A DNA stretch of 64,000 bases from Eledone cirrhosa (Eukaryota), in assembly GCA_964016885.1 (NCBI GenBank), contig OZ024744.1:1302001-1366000 (forward strand). Reading direction: 5' to 3'. The notes beneath the pieces are model-generated. The model was not told where the DNA came from. It did no database searches and was given only the letters and a program-made list of their open reading frames with translations. The position numbers were made by a program, and so were the translations under genes. Positions 52,701 through 64,000 of the stretch are shown here, one piece after another (positions within the stretch are counted from its first letter, which is position 1; the number at the start of each line of letters is the position of its first letter).

Positions 52701-55700
52701 ACGTCGTTCTTCACCAAGCTATCTTTCTCTACCTTGTCTTCCCTCAAAATTTCGTTCTTCACCAAGCTATCTTTCTCGACCTTGTTTTCTCCCAAAACTT
52801 CGTTATTCACCAAGCTATCTTTCTCTACCTTGTCTTCCCCCAAAACTTCGTTATTCACCAAGCTATCTTTCGCTTCCTTGTCATCCCTCAAAACTTCGTT
52901 CTTCACCAATCTATCTTTCTCTGCCTTGTCTTCCCCCAAAACTTCGTTCTTCACCAAGCTATCTTTCTCTACCTTGTCTTCACACAAAACTTCGTTCTTC
53001 ACCAAGCTATCTTTCTCTACCTTGTCTTCCCACAAAACGTCATTCTTCACCAAGCTATCTGCCTCTACCTTGTCTTCCGTCAAAACTTCGTTCTTCACCA
53101 AGATATCTTTCTCTACCTTGTCTTCTCCCAAAACTTCGTTCTTCACCAAGCTATCTTTCTCTACCTTGTCTTCCCTCAGAACTTCGTTCTTCACCAAGCT
53201 ATCTTTCTCTACCTTGTCTTCCCCCAAAACTTCGTTCTTCACCAAGCTATCTTTCTCTACATTGTCTTCCCCAAAACTTCGTTCTTCACCAAGCTATCTT
53301 TCTCTACCTTGTCTTTCATCAAAACGTCGTTCTTCACCAAGCTCTCTTTCTCTACCTTGTCTTCCCCCAAAACTTCGTTCTTCACCAAGCTATCTTTCTC
53401 TACCTTGTCTTCCCCCAAAACTTCGTTCTTCACCAAGCTATCTTTCTCTACCTTGTCTTCCCACAAAACGTCGTTCTTCACCAAGCTATCTTTCTCTACC
53501 TTGTCTTCCCTCAAAACGTCGTTCTTCACCAAGCTATCTTTTTCTACCTTGTCTTCCCTCAAAACATCGTTCTTCACCAAGCTATCTTTCTCTACCTTGT
53601 CTTCCCTCAAAACTTCGTTCTTCACCAAGCTATCTTTCTCTACCTTGTCTTCCCCCAAAACTTCGTTCTTCACCAAGCTATCTTTCTCTACCTTGTCTTC
53701 CCCCAAAACTTCGTTCTTCGCAAGCTATCTTTCTCTACCTTGTCTTCCCCAAAACTTCGTTCTTCACCAAGCTATCTTTCTCTACCTTGTCTTCCCACAA
53801 AACGTCGTTCTTCACCAAGCTATCTTTCTCTACCTTGTCTTCCCTCAAAACGTCGTTCTTCACCAAGCTATCTTTCTCTACCTTGTCTTCCCTCAAAACA
53901 TCGTTCTTCACCAAGCTATCTTTCTCTACCTTGTCTTCTCCCAAAACTTCGTTATTCACCAAGCTATCTTTCTCTACCTTGTCTTCCCCCAAAACTTCGT
54001 TGTTCACCAAGCTATCTTTCTCTACCTCGTCTTCCCCCAAAACTTCGTTCTTCACCTAGCTATCTTTCTCTACCTTGTCTTCCCCCAAAACTTCGTTCTT
54101 CACCAAGCTATCTTTCTCTACCTTGTCTTCCCACAAAACTTCGTTCTTCACCAAGCTATCTTTCTCTACCTTGTCTTCCCACAAAACGTCGTTCTTCACC
54201 AAGCTATCTTTCTCTACCTTGTCTTCCCACAAAACGTCATTCTTCACCAAGCTATCTTTCTCTACCTTGTCTTCCGTCAAAACTTCGTTCTTCACCAAGC
54301 TATCTTTCTCTACATTGTCTTCCCCAAAACTTCGTTCTTCACCAAGCTATCTTTCTCTACCTTGTCTTCCCTCAAACCTTCGTTCTTCACCAAGCTATCT
54401 TTCTCTACCTTGTCTCCCCCCAAAACTTCGTTCTTCACCAAGCTATCTTTCTCTACATTGTCTTCCCCAAAACTTCGTTCTTCACCAAGCTATCTTTCTC
54501 TACCTTGTCTTCCCCCAAAACTTCGTTGTTCACCAAGCTATCTTTCTCTACCTCGTCTTCCCCCAAAACTTCGTTCTTCACCAAGCTATCTTTCTCTACC
54601 TTGTCTTCCCCCAAAACTTCGTTCTTCACCAAGCTATCTTTCTCTACCTTGTCTTCCCACAAAACTTCGTTCTTCACCAAGCTATCTTTCTCTACCTTGT
54701 CTTCCCAGAAAACGTCGTTCTTCACCAAGCTATCTTTCTCTACCTTGTCTTCCCTCAAAACTTCGTTCTTCACCAAGCTATCTTTTTCGACCTTATCTTC
54801 CCCAAAACTTCGTTATTCACCAAGCTATCTTTCTCTACCTTGTCTTCCCTCAAAACTTCGTTCTTCACCAAGCTATCTTTCTCTACCTTGTCTTCCCCCA
54901 AAACTTCGTTCTTCACCAAGCTATCTTTCTCTACCTCGTCTTCCCTCAAAACTTCGTTCTTCACCAAGCTATCTTTCTCTACCTTGTCTTCCCCCAAAAC
55001 TTTGTTCTTCACCAAGCTATCTTTCTCTACCTTGTCTTCCCCCAAAACGTCGTTCTTCACCAAGCTATCTTTCTCTACCTTGTCTTCCCCTAAAACTTCG
55101 TTCTTCACCAAGCTATCTTTCTCTAGCTTGTCTTCATACAAAACATCGTTCTTCACCAAGCTATCTTTCTCTACCTTGTCTTCCCACAAAACGTCATTCT
55201 TCACCAAGCTATCTTTCTCTACCTTGTCTTCCGTCAAAACTTCGTTCTTCACCAAGATATCTTTCTCTACCTTGTCTTCCCACAAAACGTCGTTCTTCAC
55301 CAAGCTATCTTTCTCTACCTTGTCTTCCCTCAGAACTCCGTTCTTCACCAAGCTATCTTTCTCTACCTTGTCTTCCCCCAAAACTTCGTTCTTCACCAAG
55401 CTATCTTTCTCTACATTGTCTTCCCCAAAACTTCGTTCTTCACCAAGCTATCTTTCTCTACCTTGTCTTCCCTCAAAACGTCGTTGTTCACCAAGCTATC
55501 TTTCTCTACCTTGTCTTCCCCCAAAACTTCGTTCTTCACCAAGCTATCTTTCTCTACCTTGTCTTCCCCCAAAACTTCGTTCTTCACCAAGTCATCTTTC
55601 TCTACCTTGTCATCCCACAAAACGTCGTTCTTCACCAAGCTATCTTTCTCTATTTTGTCTTCCCTCAAAACGTCGTTCTTCACCAAGCTATCTTTCTCTA

Positions 55701-58700
55701 CCTTGTCTTCCCTCAAAATTTCGTTCTTCACCAAGCTATCTTTCTCGACCTTGTCTTCTCCCAAAACTTCGTTATTCACCAAGCTATCTTTCTCTACCTT
55801 GTCTTCCCCCAAAACTTCGTTATTCACCAAGCTATCTTTCGCTACCTTGTCATCCCTCAAAACTTCGTTCTTCACCAATCTATCTTTCTCTGCCTTGTCT
55901 TCCCCCAAAACTTCGTTCTTCACCAAGCTATCTTTCTCTACCTTGTCTTCACACAAAACTTCGTTCTTCACCAAGCTATCTTTCTCTACCTTGTCTTCCC
56001 ACAAAACGTCATTCTTCACCAAGCTATCTTTCTCTACCTTGTCTCCCGTCAAAACTTCGTTCTTCACCAAGATATCTTTCTCTACCTTGTCTTCTCCCAA
56101 AACTTCGTTCTTCACCAAGCTATCTTTCTCTACCTTGTCTTCCCTCAGAACTTCGTTCTTCACCAAGCTATCTTTCTCTACCTTGTCTTCCCCCAAAACT
56201 TCGTTCTTCACCAAGCTATCTTTCTCTACATTGTCTTCCCCAAAACTTCGTTCTTCACCAAGCTATCTTTCTCTACCTTGTCTTTCATCAAAACGTCGTT
56301 CTTCACCAAGCTCTCTTTCTCTACCTTGTCTTCCCCCAAAACTTCGTTCTTCACCAAGCTATCTTTCTCTACCTTGTCTTCCCCCAAAACTTCGTTCTTC
56401 ACCAAGCTATCTTTCTCTACCTTGTCTTCCCACAAAACTTCGTTCTTCACCAAGCTATCTTTCTCTACCTTGTCTTCCCTCAAAACGTCGTTCTTCACCA
56501 AGCTATCTTTTTCTACCTTGTCTTCCCTCAAAACATCGTTCTTCACCAAGCTATCTTTCTCTACCTTGTCTTCCCTCAAAACTTCGTTCTTCACCAAGCT
56601 ATCTTTCTCTACCTTGTCTTCCCTCAAAACGTCGTTCTTCACCAAGCTATCTTTCTCTACCTTGTCTTCCCCCAAAACTTCGTTCTTCACCAAGCTATCT
56701 TTCTCTACCTTGTCTTCCCCCAAAACTTCGTTCTTCGCAAGCTATCTTTCTCTACCTTGTCTTCCCCCAAAACTTCGTTCTTCACCAAGCTATCTTTCTC
56801 TACCTTGTCTTCCCACAAAACGTCGTTCTTCACCAAGCTATGTTCCTCTACCTTGTCTTCCCTCAAAACGTCGTTCTTCACCAAGCTATCTTTCTCTACC
56901 TTGTCTTCCCTCAAAACATCGTTCTTCACCAAGCTATCTTTCTCTACCTTGTCTTCTCCCAAAACTTCGTTATTCACCAAGCTATCTTTCTCTACCTTGT
57001 CTTCCCCCAAAACTTCGTTGTTCACCAAGCTATCTTTCTCTACCTCGTCTTCCCCCAAAACTTCGTTCTTCACCAAGCTATCTTTCTCTACCTTGTCTTC
57101 CCCCAAAACTTCGTTCTTCACCAAGCTATCTTTCTCTACCTTGTCTTCCCACAAAACTTCGTTCTTCACCAAGCTATCTTTCTCTACCTTGTCTTCCCAC
57201 AAAACGTCGTTCTTCACCAAGCTATCTTTCTCTACCTTGTCTTCCCACAAAACGTCATTCTTCACCAAGCTATCTTTCTCTACCTTGTCTTCCGTCAAAA
57301 CTTCGTTCTTCACCAAGATATCTTTCTCTACATTGTCTTCCTCAAAACTTCGTTCTTCACCAAGCTATCTTTCTCTACCTTGTCTTCCCTCAAAAAGTCG
57401 TTCTTCACCAAGCTATCTTTCTCTACCTTGTCTTCTCCCAAAACTTCGTTATTCACCAAGCTATCTTTCTCTACCGTGTCTTCCCTCAAACCTTCGTTCT
57501 TCACCAAGCTATCTTTCTCTACCTTGTCTTCCCCCAAAACTTCGTTCTTCACCAAGCTATCTTTCTCTACATTGTCTTCCCCAAAACTTCCTCCTTCACC
57601 AAGCTATCTTTCTCTACCTTGTCTTCCTCCAAAACTTCGTTGTTCACCAAGCTATCTTTCTCTACCGCGTCTTCCCCCAAAACTTCGTTCTTCACCAAGC
57701 TATCTTTCTCTACCTTGTCTTCCCCCAAAACTTCGTTCTTCACCAAGCTATCTTTCTCTACCTTGTCTTCCCACAAAACTTCGTTCTTCACCAAGCTATC
57801 TTTCTCTACCTTGTCTTCCCACAAAACGTCGTTCTTCACCAAGCTATCTTTCTCTACCTTGTCTTCCCTCAAAACTTCGTTCTTCACCAAGCTATCTTTT
57901 TCGACCTTATCTTCCCCAAAACTTCGTTATTCACCAAGCTATCTTTCTCTACCTTGTCTTCCCTCAAAACTTCGTTCTTCACCAAGCTATCTTTCTCTAC
58001 CTTGTCTTCCCACAAAACGTCATTCTTCACCAAGCTATCTTTCTCTACCTTGTCTTCCTTCAAAACTTCGTTCTTCACCAAGCTATCTTTCTCTACCTTG
58101 TCTTCCCTCAAAACGTCGTTCTTCACCAAGCTATCTTTCTCTACCTTGTCCTCCCACAAAACTTCGTTCTTCACCAAGCTATCTTTCTCTACCTTGTCTT
58201 CCCCCAAAACTTCGTTCTTCGCAAGCTATCTTTCTCTACCTTGTCTTCCGTCAAAACTTCGTTCTTCACCAAGATATCTTTCTCTACCTTGTCTTCCCAC
58301 AAAACGTCGTTCTTCACCAAGCTATCTTTCTCTACCTTGTCTTCCCTCAGAACTCCGTTCTTCACCAAGCTATCTTTCTCTACCTTGTCTTCCCCCAAAA
58401 CTTCGTTCTTCACCAAGCTATCTTTCTCTACATTGTCTTCCCCAAAACTTCGTTCTTCACCAAGCTATCTTTCTCTACCTTGTCTTCCCTCAAAACGTCG
58501 TTCTTCACCAAGCTATCTTTCTCTACCTTGTCTTCCCCCAAAACTTCGTTCTTCACCAAGCTATCTTTATCTACCTTGTCTTCCCCCAAAACTTCGTTCT
58601 TCACCAAGTCATCTTTCTCTACCTTGTCATCCCACAAAACGTCGTTCTTCACCAAGCTATCTTTCTCTATTTTGTCTTCCCTCAAAACGTCGTTCTTCAC

Positions 58701-61700
58701 CAAGCTATCTTTCTCTACCTTGTCTTCCCTCAAAATTTCGTTCTTCACCAAGCTATATTTCTCGACCTTGTCTTCTCCCAAAACTTCGTTATTCACCAAG
58801 CTATCTTTCTCTACCTTGTCTTCCCCCAAAACTTCGTTATTCACCAAGCTATCTTTCGCTACCTTGTCTTCCCTCAAAACTTCGTTCTTCACCAAGCTAT
58901 CTTTCTCTACCTTGTCTTCCCCCAAAACTTCGTTATTCACCAAGCTATCTTTCTCTACCTTGTCTTCCCTCAAAACTTCGTTCTTCACCAAGCTATCTTT
59001 CTCTACCTTGTCTTCCCACAAAACGTCATTCTTCACCAAGCTATCTTTCTCTACCTTGTCTTCCTTCAAAACTTCGTTCTTCACCAAGCTATCTTTCTCT
59101 ACCTTGTCTTCCCTCAAAACGTCATTCTTCACCAAGCTATCTTTCTCTACCTTGTCTTCCCCAAAACTTCGTTCTTCACCAAGCTATCTTTCTCTACATT
59201 GTCTTCCCCAAAACTTCGTTCTTCACCAAGCTATCTTTCTCTACCTTGTCTTCCCACAAAACTTCGTTCTTCACCAAGCTATCTTTCTCTACCTTGTCTT
59301 CCCACAAAACGTCGTTCTTCACCAAGCTATCTTTCTCTACCTTGTCTTCCCTCAAAACTTCGTTCTTCACCAAGCTATCTTTTTCGACCTTATCTTCCCC
59401 AAAACTTCGTTATTCACCAAGCTATCTTTCTCTACCTTGTCTTCCCTCAAAACTTCGTTCTTCACCAAGCTATCTTTCTCTACCTTGTCTTCCCCCAAAA
59501 CTTCGTTCTTCACCAAGCTATCTTTCTCTACCTCGTCTTCCCTCAAAACTTCGTTCTTCACCAAGCTATCTTTCTCTACCTTGTCTTCCCCCAAAACTTT
59601 GTTCTTCACCAAGCTATCTTTCTCTACCTTGTCTTCCCCCAAAACGTCGTTCTTCACCAAGCTATCTTTCTCTACCTTGTCTTCCCCTAAAACTTCGTTC
59701 TTCACCAAGCTATCTTTCTCTAGCTTGTCTTCATACAAAACATCGTTCTTCACCAAGCTATCTTTCTCTACCTTGTCTTCCCACAAAACGTCATTCTTCA
59801 CCAAGCTATCTTTCTCTACCTTGTCTTCCGTCAAAACTTCGTTCTTCACCAAGATATCTTTCTCTACCTTGTCTTCCCACAAAACGTCGTTCTTCACCAA
59901 GCTATCTTTCTCTACCTTGTCTTCCCTCAGAACTCCGTTCTTCACCAAGCTATCTTTCTCTACCTTGTCTTCCCCCAAAACTTCGTTCTTCACCAAGCTA
60001 TCTTTCTCTACATTGTCTTCCCCAAAACTTCGTTCTTCACCAAGCTATCTTTCTCTACCTTGTCTTCCCTCAAAACGTCGTTGTTCACCAAGCTATCTTT
60101 CTCTACCTTGTCTTCCCCCAAAACTTCGTTCTTCACCAAGCTATCTTTATCTACCTTGTCTTCCCCCAAAACTTCGTTCTTCACCAAGTCATCTTTCTCT
60201 ACCTTGTCATCCCACAAAACGTCGTTCTTCACCAAGCTATCTTTCTCTATTTTGTCTTCCCTCAAAACGTCGTTCTTCACCAAGCTATCTTTCTCTACCT
60301 TGTCTTCCCTCAAAATTTCGTTCTTCACCAAGCTATCTTTCTCGACCTTGTCTTCTCCCAAAACTTCGTTATTCACCAAGCTATCTTTCTCTACCTTGTC
60401 TTCCCCCAAAACTTCGTTATTCACCAAGCTATCTTTCGCTACCTTGTCATCCCTCAAAACTTCGTTCTTCACCAATCTATCTTTCTCTGCCTTGTCTTCC
60501 CCCAAAACTTCGTTCTTCACCAAGCTATCTTTCTCTACCTTGTCTTCACACAAAACTTCGTTCTTCACCAAGCTATCTTTCTCTACCTTGTCTTCCCACA
60601 AAACGTCATTCTTCACCAAGCTATCTTTCTCTACCTTGTCTTCCGTCAAAACTTCGTTCTTCACCAAGATATCTTTCTCTACCTTGTCTTCTCCCAAAAC
60701 TTCGTTCTTCACCAAGCTATCTTTCTCTACCTTGTCTTCCCTCAGAACTTCGTTCTTCACCAAGCTATCTTTCTCTACCTTGTCTTCCCCCAAAACTTCG
60801 TTCTTCACCAAGCTATCTTTCTCTACATTGTCTTCCCCAAAACTTCGTTCTTCACCAAGCTATCTTTCTCTACCTTGTCTTTCATCAAAACGTCGTTCTT
60901 CACCAAGCTCTCTTTCTCTACCTTGTCTTCCCCCAAAACTTCGTTCTTCACCAAGCTATCTTTCTCTACCTTGTCTTCCCCCAAAACTTCGTTCTTCACC
61001 AAGCTATCTTTCTCTACCTTGTCTTCCCACAAAACTTCGTTCTTCACCAAGCTATCTTTCTCTACCTTGTCTTCCCTCAAAACGTCGTTCTTCACCAAGC
61101 TATCTTTTTCTACCTTGTCTTCCCTCAAAACATCGTTCTTCACCAAGCTATCTTTCTCTACCTTGTCTTCCCTCAAAACTTCGTTCTTCACCAAGCTATC
61201 TTTCTCTACCTTGTCTTCCCTCAAAACGTCGTTCTTCACCAAGCTATCTTTCTCTACCTTGTCTTCCCCCAAAACTTCGTTCTTCACCAAGCTATCTTTC
61301 TCTACCTTGTCTTCCCCCAAAACTTCGTTCTTCGCAAGCTATCTTTCTCTACCTTGTCTTCCCCCAAAACTTCGTTCTTCACCAAGCTATCTTTCTCTAC
61401 CTTGTCTTCCCACAAAACGTCGTTCTTCACCAAGCTATCTTCCTCTACCTTGTCTTCCCTCAAAACGTCGTTCTTCACCAAGCTATCTTTCTCTACCTTG
61501 TCTTCCCTCAAAACATCGTTCTTCACCAAGCTATCTTTCTCTACCTTGTCTTCTCCCAAAACTTCGTTATTCACCAAGCTATCTTTCTCTACCTTGTCTT
61601 CCCCCAAAACTTCGTTCTTCACCAAGCTATCTTTCTCTACCTTGTCTTCCCCCAAAACTTCGTTCTTCACCAAGCTATCTTTCTCTACCTTGTCTTCCCA

Positions 61701-64000
61701 CAAAACTTCGTTCTTCACCAAGCTATCTTTCTCTACCTTGTCTTCCCACAAAACGTCGTTCTTCACCAAGCTATCTTTCTCTACCTTGTCTTCCCACAAA
61801 ACGTCATTCTTCACCAAGCTATCTTTCTCTACCTTGTCTTCCGTCAAAACTTCGTTCTTCACCAAGATATCTTTCTCTACATTGTCTTCCCCAAAACTTC
61901 GTTCTTCACCAAGCTATCTTTCTCTACCTTGTCTTCCCTCAAAAAGTCGTTCTTCACCAAGCTATCTTTCTCTACCTTGTCTTCTCCCAAAACTTCGTTA
62001 TTCACCAAGCTATCTTTCTCTACCTTGTCTTCCCTCAAACCTTCGTTCTTCACCAAGCTATCTTTCTCTACCTTGTCTTCCCCCAAAACTTCGTTCTTCA
62101 CCAAGCTATCTTTCTCTACATTGTCTTTCCCAAAACTTCGTTCTTCACCAAGCTATCTTTCTCTACCTTGTCTTCCTCCAAAACTTCGTTGTTCACCAAG
62201 CTATCTTTCTCTACCTCGTCTTCCCCCAAAACTTCGTTCTTCACCAAGCTATCTTTCTCTACCTTGTCTTCCCCCAAAACTTCGTTCTTCACCAAGCTAT
62301 CTTTCTCTACCTTGTCTTCCCACAAAACTTCGTTCTTCACCAAGCTATCTTTCTCTACCTTGTCTTCCCACAAAACGTCGTTCTTCACCAAGCTATCTTT
62401 CTCTACCTTGTCTTCCCTCAAAACTTCGTTCTTCACCAAGCTATCTTTTTCGACCTTATCTTCCCCAAAACTTCGTTATTCACCAAGCTATCTTTCTCTA
62501 CCTTGTCTTCCCTCAAAACTTCGTTCTTCACCAAGCTATCTTTCTCTACCTTGTCTTCCCACAAAACGTCATTCTTCACCAAGCTATCTTTCTCTACCTT
62601 GTCTTCCTTCAAAACTTCGTTCTTCACCAAGCTATCTTTCTCTACCTTGTCTTCCCTCAAAACGTCGTTCTTCACCAAGCTATCTTTCTCTACCTTGTCC
62701 TCCCACAAAACTTCGTTCTTCACCAAGCTATCTTTCTCTACCTTGTCTTCCCCCAAAACTTCGTTCTTCGCAAGCTATCTTTCTCTACCTTGTCTTCCGT
62801 CAAAACTTCGTTCTTCACCAAGATATCTTTCTCTACCTTGTCTTCCCACAAAACGTCGTTCTTCACCAAGCTATCTTTCTCTACCTTGTCTTCCCTCAGA
62901 ACTCCGTTCTTCACCAAGCTATCTTTCTCTACCTTGTCTTCCCCCAAAACTTCGTTCTTCACCAAGCTATCTTTCTCTACATTGTCTTCCCCAAAACTTC
63001 GTTCTTCACCAAGCTATCTTTCTCTACCTTGTCTTCCCTCAAAACGTCGTTCTTCACCAAGCTATCTTTCTCTACCTTGTCTTCCCCCAAAACTTCGTTC
63101 TTCACCAAGCTATCTTTATCTACCTTGTCTTCCCCCAAAACTTCGTTCTTCACCAAGCTATCTTTCTCGACCTTGTCTTCCCTCAAAACTTCGTTCTTCA
63201 CCAAGCTATCTTTCTCTACCTTGTCTTCCCCCAAAACTTCGTTCTTCACCAAGCTATCTTTCTCTACCTTGTCTTCCCTCAAAACTTCGTTCTTCACCAA
63301 GCTATCTTTTTCGACCTTGTCTTCCCCCAAAACTTCGTTATTCACCAAGCTATCTTTCTCTACCTTGTCTTCCCTCAAAACTTCGTTCTTCACCAAGCTA
63401 TCTTTCTCTACCTTGTCTTCCCACAAAACGTCATTCTTCACCAAGCTATCTTTCTCTACCTTGTCTTCCTTCAAAACTTCGTTCTTCACCAAGCTATCTT
63501 TCTCTACCTTGTCTTCACTCAAAACGTCGTTCTTCACCAAGCTATCTTTCTCTACCTTGTCTTCCCCAAAACTTCGTTCTTCACCAAGCTATCTTTCTCT
63601 ACATTGTCTTCCCCAAAACTTCGTTCTTCACCAAGCTATCTTTCTCTACCTTGTCTTCCCCCAAAACTTCGTTGTTCACCAAGCTATCTTTCTCTACCTC
63701 GTCTTCCCCCAAAACTTCGTTCTTCACCAAGCTATCTTTCTCTACCTTGTCTTCCCCCAAAACTTCGTTCTTCACCAAGCTATCTTTCTCTACCTTGTCC
63801 TCCCACAAAACTTCGTTCTTCACCAAGCTATCTTTCTCTACTTTGTCTTCCCTCAAAACTTCGTTCTTCACCAAGCTATCTTTCTCTACCTTGTCTTCCC
63901 CCAAAACTTCGTTCTTCACCAAGCTATCTTTCTCTACCTTGTCTTCCCACAAAACGTCGTTCTTCACCAAGCTATCTTTCTCTACCTTGTCTTCCCTCAA
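49130..64000. repeat. Long segmental duplication within the array, copy 2 (continues beyond the window)
   Basis: Same ordered variants as 9978-24945. It differs by four whole-monomer indels and roughly a dozen point changes that I could find by eye. Confidence 0.93.

Larger units (their letters stand above)
1..64000. repeat. 48-bp tandem satellite/minisatellite array, ~1,335 monomers in a single orientation, running off both window edges
   Basis: Consensus TTCTTCACCAAGCTATCTTTCTCTACCTTGTCTTCCCCCAAAACTTCG recurs continuously. Monomers usually differ by 0-3 substitutions and a minority are 47 bp. Consensus composition is T18 C18 A9 G3, with one AluI site (AGCT) per monomer. Confidence 0.99.

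Noticed and set aside
30-59690. Giant + strand ORFs (up to 5335 aa) in all three frames
   Set aside because: The pyrimidine-rich monomer has no TAA, TAG or TGA in any + frame. The ORFs overlap one another, start mostly on TTG, and swap among three peptide repeats at each 1-bp deletion, which is a repeat artefact.
265-64000. Many minus-strand ORFs as a cluster of individual genes
   Set aside because: Starts are internal TTG codons and ends are frameshift-generated stops. There is no intergenic sequence, RBS, promoter or unique domain.
1-64000. CRISPR or CRISPR-like array
   Set aside because: There are no unique spacers. The variable part is a few point substitutions within a fixed sequence, and no leader or cas genes are present.
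1-64000. G-quadruplex array or telomeric repeat on the minus strand (TTTTGGGG motif)
   Set aside because: There is only one G-run per 48 bp and it is often interrupted by variants. T4G4 is not tandemly repeated as in ciliate telomeres.
1-64000. Centromere assignment (3 x 48 = 144 bp, near nucleosome length)
   Set aside because: I saw no trimer periodicity in the variants and no recognisable CENP-B box. This cannot be supported without chromatin or positional data.
1-64000. Synthetic or simulated sequence, or pure assembly artefact
   Set aside because: Linked variants, in-register nested duplications and copy-private mutations look like natural satellite evolution, although copy number still needs read validation.

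Overview
All 64 kb is one uninterrupted head-to-tail array of about 1,335 copies of a 48-bp monomer (consensus + strand TTCTTCACCAAGCTATCTTTCTCTACCTTGTCTTCCCCCAAAACTTCG; 75% pyrimidine, ~44% GC). I found no unique sequence, inversion, RNA gene, transposon or conventional gene. The giant ORFs arise because the monomer has no stop in 4 of 6 frames. The real information is in the order of monomer variants. It shows nested duplications (1054, 1295, 2443, 2735, 3543 bp, and a ~4.5-kb unit), a ~15-kb near-identical duplication at ~39.1-kb offset, and a central domain (~32.6-49.1 kb) with its own variants. The most notable signal, judged by eye and not computed, concerns the single open minus-strand frame (EVLGEDKVEKDSLVKN)n. 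Its variants look skewed to third-codon, synonymous or conservative changes, with one hypervariable residue per repeat. This suggests a satellite derived from, or a decayed form of, a tandem-repeat protein gene. Each monomer also carries a 7-8-7 quasi-palindrome. The organism cannot be identified from the window.
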